Origin: Malacoraja senta
Taxonomy: Eukaryota
Direction of reading: 5' to 3'
NCBI GenBank assembly: GCA_038087875.1
Contig: CM075989.1
Span: 62,001-126,000, forward strand
DNA: 64,000 bases
Below are positions 37,915-49,819 of this stretch, in pieces. How positions within the stretch are numbered: the stretch's first letter is position 1; each line of letters starts with the position of its first letter. The translations under genes were made by a program, and so were the position numbers. Below the pieces are notes generated by a model, which did no database searches, had not been told where the DNA came from, and was given only the letters and a program-made list of their open reading frames with translations.

Positions 37915-38537
37915 CTTTCTTCTCCCCATAGATGCTGCCTCACCCGCTGAGTTCTCCCAACAGTCTAGTCTACCATCTATTTATCCAGCATCTGAAGTTC
38001 TTTCTTTAACATCCCAACATCTGTAGTCAATATCCTGAGTGACAGCGGCCAAAGCCTTCGCTGTCACCAGATCTACTCGTTACGCCACTTCCGCGGATCT
38101 ATCATCAAATCACACTGCTCTCCAAATCACCCTCCGAAATCGGACAGAGAAGTTGAGAAAGGGATAATAGTGTGGCGGAAAGTAACCCTGTGGCCGTTTT
38201 TAACAGAGGGACGCTCTCTCCATTTCATGACTATCAATGTCACCCATATGGAAGATTTTGCAGATGATCCCTGGAGAGCTGAGCACAAAACCCGACTCTC
38301 AGTCATTTACGTCCAGCGCATGTGAGCGATGCCTATACTGCAGCCCATATCAGCAATCCTCGATTTTCTCCTTATAAACTATACTCTGAATTGGCTATTG
38401 CAAAATAATATTAAGGGAAAGCAAAGCAGTGAGCAATTAGTGTTTATCAATTCAGCTTTTCATACTGTTTTTCTTGACAATCAGTTGATATCAGACCCAA
38501 ACGAAACGTAGTTCCCTGGTGAAAGATTCGTTGCGCT

Positions 38538-38638
38538 TTACTTGATGCAACATTTCTCCTCACCGAAGCACGCTCCGCTTTCCTTAAAGCCATCGGGGCA
38601 GGGTTTCAGACATGTTCCCCTCTGAAGGCTGCACTTAT
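38538..38638 (-). CDS. beta-defensin-like mature-peptide exon, copy B: (D)KCSLQRGTCLKPCPDGFKESGACFGEEKCCIK*
   Basis: Paralogue of 11900-12000 with the same acceptor, all six Cys and the stop intact; two substitutions (N>K, T>I). Confidence 0.85.
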
Positions 38639-40786
38639 CTGTACGACACAAAATACAAGATGAATTATCAGTTGCTAGACAAGGGAACTAACTTTGAAAC
38701 TAATGAAGCTTAAATTGCAGGGCCATTAATCCCGGAGGGGCCCCTGAAGCGACTTTAGTCCACATTGCTTAAAAATGTTGGGTCTACTGTATGAGGAGGT
38801 GTTTAAAATAATAATAATAATAATATAGTGTAATTCAATACAAAATAATAGTTACAATTAAAATTAAAAGGTTATTAAAGTATCATGTAGGCTCGCCGTA
38901 AACGACAAAACAATGTTCAAATTAAGGATGTTTCATTCTAAATAATTTAAAACATTATTAACATTTCTGACAGAAATTAAAACTTTTATTTGAATTATTT
39001 ATCTTAGGCTTGCCGTAATCGACAAAAATGAAAGCAAATTTCGATGCTTGCGGTCATTGTAAAGGCCAACACTTTGGAAACTTTATGTTTTCACGAATAA
39101 TCTTATAAAACCTTAAAATATACTAAACATATAAAACCATTACAATAAATAATAACAATTTGAATAATGTACGATTTAAATACAGTAAAAATAAAAAGGT
39201 AATAAAAATATTTTCTTTGGTAGATACAAACAGTACGTAACAACAAGGGGGGCAGTTGAAAATGCAATCGCAATCACAATGCAAACGTGAATCACGTGAT
39301 TATCACGTCGTGATAGCACTCGTGATAGCGATCTGGAATAATTTTTTTTCAATAAAGTGTTCATAAGAATACAATATTTTAATTACCTCTTCTCAAAAAT
39401 TAATGTTATATTTAGAAAAGTGAGGTAAGTGATAAAAGTGAAATAGTGTTAGATTGGCCTAAGCCTATTGTTTTTACGAAGAGGTGAACGGAAGGAAGGC
39501 AGTGACTGCAAAGCCTAGGCTAATACTGTATTACAAGTATATATGAAAAAGTTTTTTTTTTAATTCTCAGAAAGTAGACCTAAAAGTTGTTGACTATTAT
39601 GGCATTTTGCAGGAGCTGTATTTTTTTAAATTTCTGGATCTCCACGAAGATGGGGGGTTTTAAACACACCGTGCAATCTACATATAGTTTGCACACTATG
39701 AGGCAGTCCAGGCAATTAAAAATTGATATATGGGTATTTTACAAACTCTCAAACATATTTTGAAGACTCAGAAGAGAAGCCTGAATGTAAACGAGATGCA
39801 AAAAATTTACATCACAAGTTGGTAAAGCTGGAAGATGCTATATTGACAATCGTTTGGGAAGTGGTGCTGGAGCGTTTCAACAAAACAAGAAACTCCAACC
39901 CCCTGGTTTTGATGCATTTGAAGGTTATCTTCTGCTATCATCTTTACTTTCGTTTGTTAAAGAACTCAGAGAAAATTCAGCCAATGGGATAGCACACTAT
40001 GAATCAGAAGCAAAAGGTTTGTGTGAAGATATCACCTCAAACGCATTGTTACAAGGACATTTTCAGATGGAACAAGTGGTATTGCTTCTTTGATGAGCTG
40101 ACAAAGTTAGGATAGAAGTTCTATATCAACTCTATGACTGTTTGATAATCCTGTTACGCAAGAGTATTGACCCATGTGAGCAGATTGCGGAAAGGTTTAA
40201 GTTAGATGCGGACAGTATTAAATGTATAATATCGTATTACGAAGATGATATGGACCACAAATTAGTAAACGAGTGTTATCAGTTCAAAGAATATTTGCAC
40301 CTTACGATAATCCCAGATCACAAAAGAAAATACGCCATCTAAAATGCAATGTGCAGAAGTTGTTCAGCTTATTTATGAGCAACACCTAATTGAAGTGTTC
40401 CCCAATATTACTACTACGCTTAAGCTGTGCTTGACAATGCCTATCACAAGGTGTGAAGCAGAAAGGTATTTCAAAAATGTCCCTAATTTTCATCCCTCCA
40501 TAACTCGGAATTTTTTTATTCTCACCAGTGACTTTGACATGTGAAATAATCCACTACAGCAATTTTCATCAACATTTGAAATGTGTGGTTGAATTTTTTT
40601 TTAAAGTGTAGTGATCCGTCGTGGAACAACCCCATTGAAGAAGATAACAGTGGTTACCGAAACCCCGTTGCTGTTTGCGAAGGGGCCCCCATAACAGTTC
40701 AAGCTTCAGGGCCCCAGAAATGTAGGTCCCACACTGTAGCTGTAGGGAAAAACTGGGACAGATGAAATATTAAATGTGTTCGTCAA

Positions 40787-40787
40787 A

Positions 40788-40842
<55 letters not shown>

Positions 40843-40850
40843 ATATCTAT

Positions 40851-40896
<46 letters not shown>

Positions 40897-40971
40897 GTCT
40901 ATCTGTCGATCTGTCGATCTGTCGATCTGTCAATCTGTATATCGGTCTATCGGTCTAACGATCTATCTATC

Positions 40972-41026
<55 letters not shown>

Positions 41027-41067
41027 ATATCTATCTATCTATCTAGATATCTATCTATCTATCTATA

Positions 41068-41134
<67 letters not shown>

Positions 41135-41156
41135 CTATCAATCTGTCTGTCTGACT

Positions 41157-41208
<52 letters not shown>

Positions 41209-41209
41209 G

Positions 41210-41248
<39 letters not shown>

Positions 41249-41326
41249 GCTATCTATCTATCTATCTACCTATCTATCTATCTATATATCTATCTATCTA
41301 TCTCTCTATCAATCTATCTATCCATC
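40787..41326. repeat. (TATC)n microsatellite, longer paralogue
   Basis: Same flanks as 13800-14146, about 190 bp longer. Confidence 0.98.
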
Positions 41327-42140
41327 TCGTTCACTCAAACAAAGAGTGAATGGGGAACTAACAGATTGGTTTGCCACTGCAGTTGCAGTGCGACAAGAGT
41401 GTGTGATCTCACCACAGCTATTTAACATCCTGCGCGAACTGGTCATGTTGTATGCATTGCACGACACACATATGTAGGCGTAAATATCCAAGGTCAGCTC
41501 CTAAATAACCTGCGCTTCGCAGATGACATCGCACTCATTGCTGCGAGTGAAACCGACCTCCAGACTTTGGTAAACCTCGTACATGAAAGCGAAAAAGCTT
41601 TTGGACTGAAAATTAACTTAGCAAAAACACGTGCAGGCGATCTCTAAAGAGAACATAAAATAAATATCTAAATCAATGACACATCATTAGCCCAGTTGAG
41701 GATTTCACATATCTAGGAGGAAAGATATGTCAAACTGGATCTTACACCCAAGACGTAAAATTACGCATTGGGAAAGCTGTTGGGACTGTTCAAAACCTCC
41801 AAAAGATATGGAGCGCCAAAGACATCAGAAGCAGCACTAAGATCAATCTCTATAAAGTACTTGTGCTCTCAATACTGTTGTATGGAGCATAAATATGGAC
41901 ACTAAGAAAGGAAGTTGAAAACAGACTTTCAACATTTGAAGTGATGTCCCTTCACAAAATAAGGCCCCTTCCTAACCCTGTTGCTTGTTCACGGTTCCAA
42001 GCGAGAGGCTAAGTGGCAGTGATTGTAGAATGTTTGCACGTCCTAAATATAGAAACATAGAAAATAGGTGCAGGAAGAGGCCATTCGGCCTTTTGAGCCA
42101 TCACCGGCATTCGATAATATCATGACTGATCATCTAAAAT

Positions 42141-45100
42141 AGTAAGATTAAACGAGAACTTACCAGTTTGAAGTTTGATCTGTATTTTATGAGGAGTTAC
42201 GATGAGGGATTACGTGAAGAACCCGCTCAGTGCGCAGGCGCGGCATACTTCCAAGCAGCGGTGTGGAATCACAGATAGACACAGGTATTTGAAGTAAACA
42301 TAGTAAAGAAAAGGAGACATCAATTTATTAGTTTGATCCATATAATGAGGGTGGGAGCGGAGGGCACGTAATCCCTCATCGTAACTCCTCATAAAATACA
42401 GATCAAACTTCAAACTGGTAAGTTCTCGTTTAATCTTACTATTTTACTTCGGAGTCACGTGAGTGAATTCGTGAAGATTTCAAAGCTCTGTGATTTCAAA
42501 CCGTGTAACAGTTTTATTTCACTCACTGCCGAAAGTTCTTGAGGGAGGAAGTGTTATCGTAATCAACCAATGAATCTGTTTCTCAAGAAACAAAAAAGGT
42601 ATTTATTAACAATAACAAAATTAAAGTGCTCCCCCGGGCTTAAATTAAATATTTGCAGCTTGTAATATTTTCTCTGCAAATAAATCAGGTTTCATCAACG
42701 GCTTATTATAAAAGTTCTGAATGTCGTTTCCCTCGACCATCCTGCTGTATTCAGAATATGGTCAACCGGTACGTCCATTCTGTCGGCCGTTGATGTAGAT
42801 GCTGCCCTAGTGGAATGAGATTTAAATGTATTAGTATCTATTCCGGCAGCCTTCAGTACCTGTTTGAGCCATCTTGAAATGATTTGGCTCGTTACCCGGC
42901 CATGAGGTTACTTGTGGCTGACCCATAAGGCTTTTTCACTCCCTCTGATATTGTGGGTTGTGTCTATATAATGTTGTAGATGGGTCACGACACACAACCG
43001 TGGCTCTTGTGGGTAGGCCCGGAATACCACCAGTGGATTAGCTGTTCCTGGCCTGCTTTGCTTCACCAGACCCTGTATGATGAATGTGATCTGATCTGGG
43101 GTGGTCACCATGTTGTCCAGCCTTAACTTGTGTAGTGACTGGACCCTCTGAGCGGATACGAGTGCCATCAACATGAGCGTCTTTAGTGTAGATTGCTCGA
43201 GGCTGAGGGATCTGGCTGGTGGCCATGCCCTGAGGTATGTCAGGACCACACTGATATCCCAAATATGGGTATACCTGGGTTTAGGGGCTTGATATCATAA
43301 ATGCCCTTCATCAGTTTTACCACCAGTGGATGGGATCCCATTGCCTGTTGTCCTGCTGGTTTGAGATAAGCAGAAAGAGCTCTTCGCGCTGTGTTGATGG
43401 CACTGTAACTGATCCCTTCATCATGGTGTAGATGGGCCAGGAATTCCAGTACGTTGGTGGCTGTGGCTGTTGCATACGTTATCCCTGTTACCTGGCAGTA
43501 CTTCTCCCATTTTCTTATGCTGATTCAGTACTGCCTCTTGGTGGATGTTCAAAGGGATGCCGACATGGTGGTGATGGTTCTTTCGGACAATCCCTGTTCC
43601 AGGTAAGGTCTATTCAAAACCTGTAACCCAGGAGTTTAATTTTCTCATGGCATGGGTGGCTTATGCCTGATACTGGGTGAGTTAATAATCCTGGATCACT
43701 GGGAAAGACCATTGGTGACTCAACCACCATGTCATGTAGAACCGGGAACCATGGCTGTGTAGGCCAGTCGGGCACCATCAAAATTCCAGAAGAAGAGTCC
43801 ATCTGTATTTTGCGAAGTACCCGACTGATGAGGCAGAAAGGGAGGGAAAGCATAGAATAAGACATTTCCCCAATGCAGCGTGATGGCATGTATCGCTGCT
43901 GCCTCTGGGTCTGGTTCCCAAGCGACATATATAGGTAACTGGTGATTTCGTCTTGATGCAAATACATCGATATCTGGCGTTCCATACTGCTTAATAACTT
44001 TAGCAAATACTTTAGGGTTTAACATCCATTCGATGTTATCATTGAATTTGCATGACCTGGTGTCTGCCACTGTGTTTAGCTTACCTGGTAGATAAGTAGC
44101 TGATAGCCAAATATGTCTTTCGACACACCATAGCCAAATCACATTGACCAATTTGTCGCATGATAATGATTTTATGCCGCCCATATGGTTAATATAAGCC
44201 ACCACCGTAGTATTATCAATCTGTAACCGAACATACAAGTGCTGCATATTAGATACATATACTTTTAACCCATAAAAGGTGCCCAACATCTCTAGATAGT
44301 TAATGCCCAGTGTCAGTAGTAATGATGACTCTAGGTTAGTCCATCTACCACCTGTGCTGGATATGGAGTTAGTTGCTCCCCAGCCTTGAGCACTGGCATC
44401 TGTTTGAAGAACTAAAGTAAGGTTAGTGATGATGATAGAGCTGAAACTATGCCAAACATTTTCTGCCCACCACTGTAGCTGATATTGCTTCAGTGGGTAA
44501 TTACATGACACGAACATCGTGACCTGTATGTCGTTTTAGTGCCTGTACCTTTGCTGTTTGTAAATTTTGATAGTGCAAAGGTCCGCATTGTGTAGCTGGA
44601 AATGCTGCTACCATTTTCCCAATCACTCTTGGGACTTGTCGAATAGTTGGTCCTTTGTTGACCATTAAATAGTTGCATGATTGTGCTAATGCAACTTTTT
44701 TTTTTTTTTTTTTTTTTTAATATTATTTATTTATTTATTTATTTTTATTTTCCTTTTGGCAAGGTAACAGTCATATGGACTGAGTTAATTGTGAAGCCCA
44801 GGTAGTCCATAATAGTGGATGGCTTCAACTTAGATTTATCTGGATGTAGAACGAACCCCAGAGTTTCGAGGAGCTATTTTGTAGCTGATACTGCTGCCAC
44901 AGCCAATTCCATCGTTTTCCCTACTATCTGAATATCATCCAGGTATGCCATGACAATATGTGTTTATTTCTTAGTCTTGCCATGGCTATTTTCAATATTT
45001 TGATGAATATTCTTGGGGCTGAAGTTAGCCCATTGGGCAATGCTTTGTACTGCCTCAGCTGCCCCAACCAGATAAATTGTAGGTATCTGCAATGATCCTT

Positions 45101-46881
45101 GTGTATGGGTATTAGATAGTAAGCATCTTTCAGATCAATGCTTGCCATGAAGTATCCTTTGGAAATCAGTTGTTTGGCAGTAACAACTGTCTCCATTTTG
45201 AAATGTATATACTCAACAAACTTATTTAGTGATGTTAAGTCAATGATGATGCGACATCCACCATCTTTTTTGGTTTTATTTGATACAAATTCCAAAGGTT
45301 CATGTTTGGTCTTTTGGATGACCTCTCCACTAATGCCGTTGAGTATATACTTGTCACACGTGACAGTAACCCATGCTTCTTTAAACCAGTGTAATCTCCC
45401 CTCTGTTAGTAAAGCACCCTTATTCTCTATATGCTACCTCCATGTTCATTGGTGTTTCTTTTGTTTCCTGATGTTTCTGTAGGTTTTGCTTGTCTGACGT
45501 GCTGGCGATGTTGGGGGGTGGCGCATTTTCCATGGGGTCCGCTGTGGGCCCTGATCTAAAAAAGATCTTTGGGGATAAAATGCGGTCCCCGAGCTTTCAC
45601 CAGTCCCATATTGAGGACGTCGACTGGTGGATGCCATGGGGTGCTGCCGCTTGGGTATTGTAGCTCTAGGTTTGCTCGTCCCAGGGCCTGCCCTCATGAG
45701 GCCGAAAGATGTCGCTGCTTCCTCCATGTCCCTCAGTTTTTTGTTGAGGTCTTTCCCAAATAACAGAGCGTCCGTCTCTGCAGCTGGGGCTCTGCACAAC
45801 CCATCAAATTTGGGATTGAGGGCAGGTCTTATGTTTCCCCGCCGGAGATTGTGTATCTCAAATTGTGTGTTGCACATCAGTGCCAGCACATCCTGCTGGC
45901 ACGTATCCATCTCCGTACTTTGCACAGAACGAGCAAAGGCTGTAATGGCCGACGTCAGGAGCCTTAGGATCCGCTGTAGCTTATTTCATGGTTATGCATG
46001 TTTGACCCCACCTGACCCCAGATCTGGCTGTTCACAGTCTTCACTCTGAGGCCTCACAGTTCTCTGGTGCTGTGTAAAATTCAAGCGCCTCAAGAAGTAC
46101 CTTCTCCTGCAAGGGCTTATTTGACAGATGATTGATGCTGGCCGCCATTTTTGGTTCCAGCGGTCTTCCAGCACGTGGGGTTGCTACATAGCGGTCCACG
46201 ACACCCAGCAGCCCTTCCTGCTCCTGCACCCCTTGCATACTGCCGAATTCTTCCGCCAGCCCCTGTACCAGACCAGCCCAACCCTGGTCACCAATGCTAG
46301 CCTCCAGTAATGAGGGAGCAGAGGGCAGTGCACAAGACACTGTGGAGGAGGTGCCTGACCTACCTCCGCGAGAACGCTCCTTCTGCGTATCCCGCTGGAG
46401 CATCTGCTCCAAGAGCTGTTGTAAGCTCTGGCGGCTATCTCTCCTCCGTGTAGGTGGAGACATGTCCCCATCCGACAAATCAGACATTACTGGCCGGTTG
46501 CTCTCATGGCTTTCCTCCCTGTCCGCTGTGCAGGCATTAGCGGGACTGGGCTCGGCTCGGTCTCGGGGATAGCGGAGCGCTCTATGAGCGGTCCTGCCGC
46601 CTGTTGCTGCCCCCCTGAGATTAAACGCTCCTCTGGTGGAGTTGAGCTGGGGCAGTTCTGTTGGAGAGTCTTCTCGTGAGTGTACTTATTTGCTAAGAAC
46701 ACCCACACTCTCTTTCTCCGTTAGACTAGTTGAATATACTCACCCAACGGTCCGTTTTTTTCAAAATGCAGCCGGAGCGCCTTCCTCCAGCTGCCGCCGC
46801 TGTTGCACTGCTGGCGTAATGCCGCGCCTGCGCACTGAGCGGGGTCTTCACGAAGTCACTCACGTGACTCCGAAGTAAAAT
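42141..46881 (-). mobile_element. DIRS1-like tyrosine-recombinase retrotransposon, termini intact, ORFs disrupted
   Basis: gag-like (about 46700-45450), RT (DLKDAY, LPNGL), RNase H (TDAS, LEM, IDN), methylase-like DVFAS...YAFPPF and YR (SHSTRAASTS near 42790-42820). ITRs at 42213-42246 and 46819-46852, ICR at 42365-42477, empty site at 14949-14954. Confidence 0.95.
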
Positions 46882-47330
46882 CAGTACCCCGTTCCTGCTT
46901 TCTCCCCATATCCCTTGATTCCATTAGTGCTAAGAGCTAGATCTAACTCCCGCGTGAAAATCAAAACAGCGAATTGGCCTCCACTGCATTCGATGGCATG
47001 AATTCCTCATCTAAGTGCAAAATAGCCTACCCCTAATTCTTAAACTGTGTGACCCCTGTTTCTGGACTTCCCCAACATTGGGAACATCATTCCTGCATCT
47101 AGCCTGTCCAAACCCTTAAGAATTGCAAATATTTCTTTAAGATTCCCTGTCACCCATCCAAGTTCCAGTGAATATAAGCCCAGTCGACCTATTCTTTCAT
47201 CATATGACAGTCTCGCCATCCCATAGACTCAACCTGATGAACCTATACTGCACTCCCTCAATAGCAAGAATGTCCTTCCTCAAATTAGGAGACCATAACT
47301 GGACACATATCCAAGGTCCGTATAAACGGC

Positions 47331-47379
47331 CTGCTGCATGAAGCAATGTAATGATGCAAATTGATGCAAATATGTACAT
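47331..47379 (-). CDS. candidate signal-peptide exon of defensin copy B (MYIFASICIITLLHAA+G)
   Basis: Paralogue of 15389-15437; lies upstream of the exon at 38538-38638. Confidence 0.5.
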
Positions 47380-47736
47380 TAAAATAGAATTAGCTAATCG
47401 ATCGTTTGGACATAAATGTGCCAATTCAAAACGGCAAAGCCTAGTCACAGATCTGGATGAAGGTCATGCATTAGGAACGCATCCGTTTACAATGCGTGTA
47501 AAATAAATGAAAAGATCGTGCGGCGACCTCTGTGACATTGTGGATATAAATACGAAACCTCATCTTCTGAACAGAGCAACAGACAATAAGCGACTTCGGT
47601 ATTCCGAAAACCGCAAGGAATCATGGGATTTGTCAAACCTCAAACGCTATGAATCAAATCGAACGAAGCGCTGTAGATTCAGTGCACATAGTTTGGGTCC
47701 ATTTTTTTTGTCCTTTTTCAAGTTTGTATTTGTCAG

Positions 47737-49819
47737 GGGGCAGTGATGGGGCAGATCAGAGCGGGAGAGCGGGGGGGGGGGGAGAGAGGCTGCACCGGCG
47801 GAGACATTCTCGGCAGCTGCACGTACACAGACCCACGCCTCATCCGCAGCCAGGCTCGAGCCCGTGACCCTGGCGCCGCAAGCGCTGCCGAACCGCCACT
47901 GGACCGTCCCCTGTCCCAACCCCCCGATCAAGTGTCACATCCCCGCCCGGGGGCACGTCCTGAGACATCCCGACCGACGGGACACTGACCCCAGGCCCAC
48001 TGCCAGCACACAGAATAAGTGCCAACCCCAGATCACCTCCGCCTCTCCCAACGGGCCAACCGACAGCCCCGGACCGATGACACCAGTGGCCCAGGCCCGC
48101 AACCAGCGCGGAGAAGAAGCGCCTACTCCAGCCCAACCCCGCTCCATATCCAGAGGAATCCGCTCCGCGGTGGGACGCTACGGCGACAAGAGCCAGTTTA
48201 ACCATGGCTGTCTGGACTACACTTCTTCCCACCCTGCTTCCTGTAAGGACTCCATTCCCCACTCCCAATTCCTCCGTCTACGCCGCATCTGCTCCCAGGT
48301 TGAAGCGTTCCACACCAGGGCATCCGAAATGTCCTCATTCTTCAGGGAACGGGGGTTCCCCTCCTCCACCATAGATGAGGCTCGCACCAGGGTCTCTGCT
48401 ATACCCCGCAACACTGCTCTCTCTCCCCATCCCCCCACTCGCAACAAGGGCAGTGTCCCCCTAGTCCTCACCTTTCACCCCACCAGCCGTCACATACAAC
48501 AAGTGATCCTCCGTCAGTATTGCCACCTCCAACGTGACCCCACCACTCGCCACATCTTCCCATCTCCCCCTATGTCTGCCTTCCGCAAAGACCGCTCCCT
48601 CCGTAACTCCCTTGTCAATTCTTCCCTTCCCTCCCATACCATCCCCTCCCCGGGCACTTTCCCTTGCAACCGCAAGAGATGCAACACTTGTCCCTTCACC
48701 TCTCCCCTCGACTCCATTCAAGGACCCAAGCAGTCGTTCCAGGTGCGACAGAGGTTCACCTACATCTCCTCCAACCTCATCTATTGCATCCGCTGCTCTA
48801 GATGTCAGCTGATCTACATCGGTGAGACCAAGCTTGACGATCGTTTCACCGAACACCTCCGTTCGCTCCGCAATAACCAACCTGACCTCCCGGTGGCTCA
48901 GCACTTCAACTCCCCCTCCCATTCCGTATCCGACCTCTCTGTCCTGGATCTCCTCCATGACCAGAGCGAGCAACACCTGAAATTGGAGGAAATGCACCTC
49001 AAATGCACCTCAGACTTGGGCAGTCTGCATGCCGGGGGCATGAACATTGAATTCTCCCAATTTTGCTAGCCCTTGCTGTCTCCTCCCCTTCCTCAGCCCA
49101 CTGGTTGTCTCCTCCCACCCCTCAGCCCGCGGGCTCCTCCTCTGCCTTTTTCCTTTCTTCTCCCCACCCCCTATCAGTCTGAAGAAGGGTTTCGGCCCGA
49201 AACGTTGCCTACTTCCTTCGCTCCATAGATGCTGCTGCACACGCACACGTAGTCCAGACATAGATGCTGCTGCTCCAGCATTTTTGTGTACATTCGATTT
49301 TCCAGCATCTGCAGTTCCTTCATTAACAGTTTAACCATGGCCTGGCCGAGCTGCGCTCCCTCAGCCACCGCGTCAAGTACAAGACGGCGCCGTGGCGCAC
49401 CTTGCACACAACCGGCCTCTGCCCCTACGGTACCCGCTGCCACTTCATCCACAACCCCGGGGACGAGCGAGGGCCCAGGACTCGCCTGCGCCAGAGCCCC
49501 CACACACCCGAGCCAGCCTGGGCTCGGCCTCCTCCGGTTCGACTGGGCCGCGCTGCGGGTGGCCGTCAGCCCTGACCTGGAGTTGGAGCTGGCCCGGGCT
49601 CTGAGCTCGGGGCTGGGCAGGGGAGGAGGAAGTTGTTGCTGCCGCCAGCACCACCTTCACCAACAGCAGCGGGAGCCCGGCCTGCCCATGGCCGGCAGGG
49701 GCCCGTCTGTAGACTCTCTGTCCGACCAGGACGACTCCAGCAGCAGCGGCTCCGAGTCCCCCGACTTCAAGCAGGGTCGGGGGCTGCCCATCTTCAGCAG
49801 GTTCTCTGTGCCGGACTGA
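47737..49819 (+). pseudogene. ZFP36-family pseudogene, copy 3
   Basis: ...[12 protein letters not shown]... and RGLPIFSRFSVPD*; Penelope insert at 48209-49326. Confidence 0.9.

Larger units (their letters stand above)
15127..47067. repeat. tandem segmental duplication unit 2
   Basis: 15127-31467 is colinear with 47068-62575; carries private L1 and DIRS insertions. Confidence 0.95.

Noticed and set aside
43732..44010. Adenine-methylase-like motif as a novel or bacterial gene
   Set aside because: Known component of DIRS1-like pol; frameshifted here.
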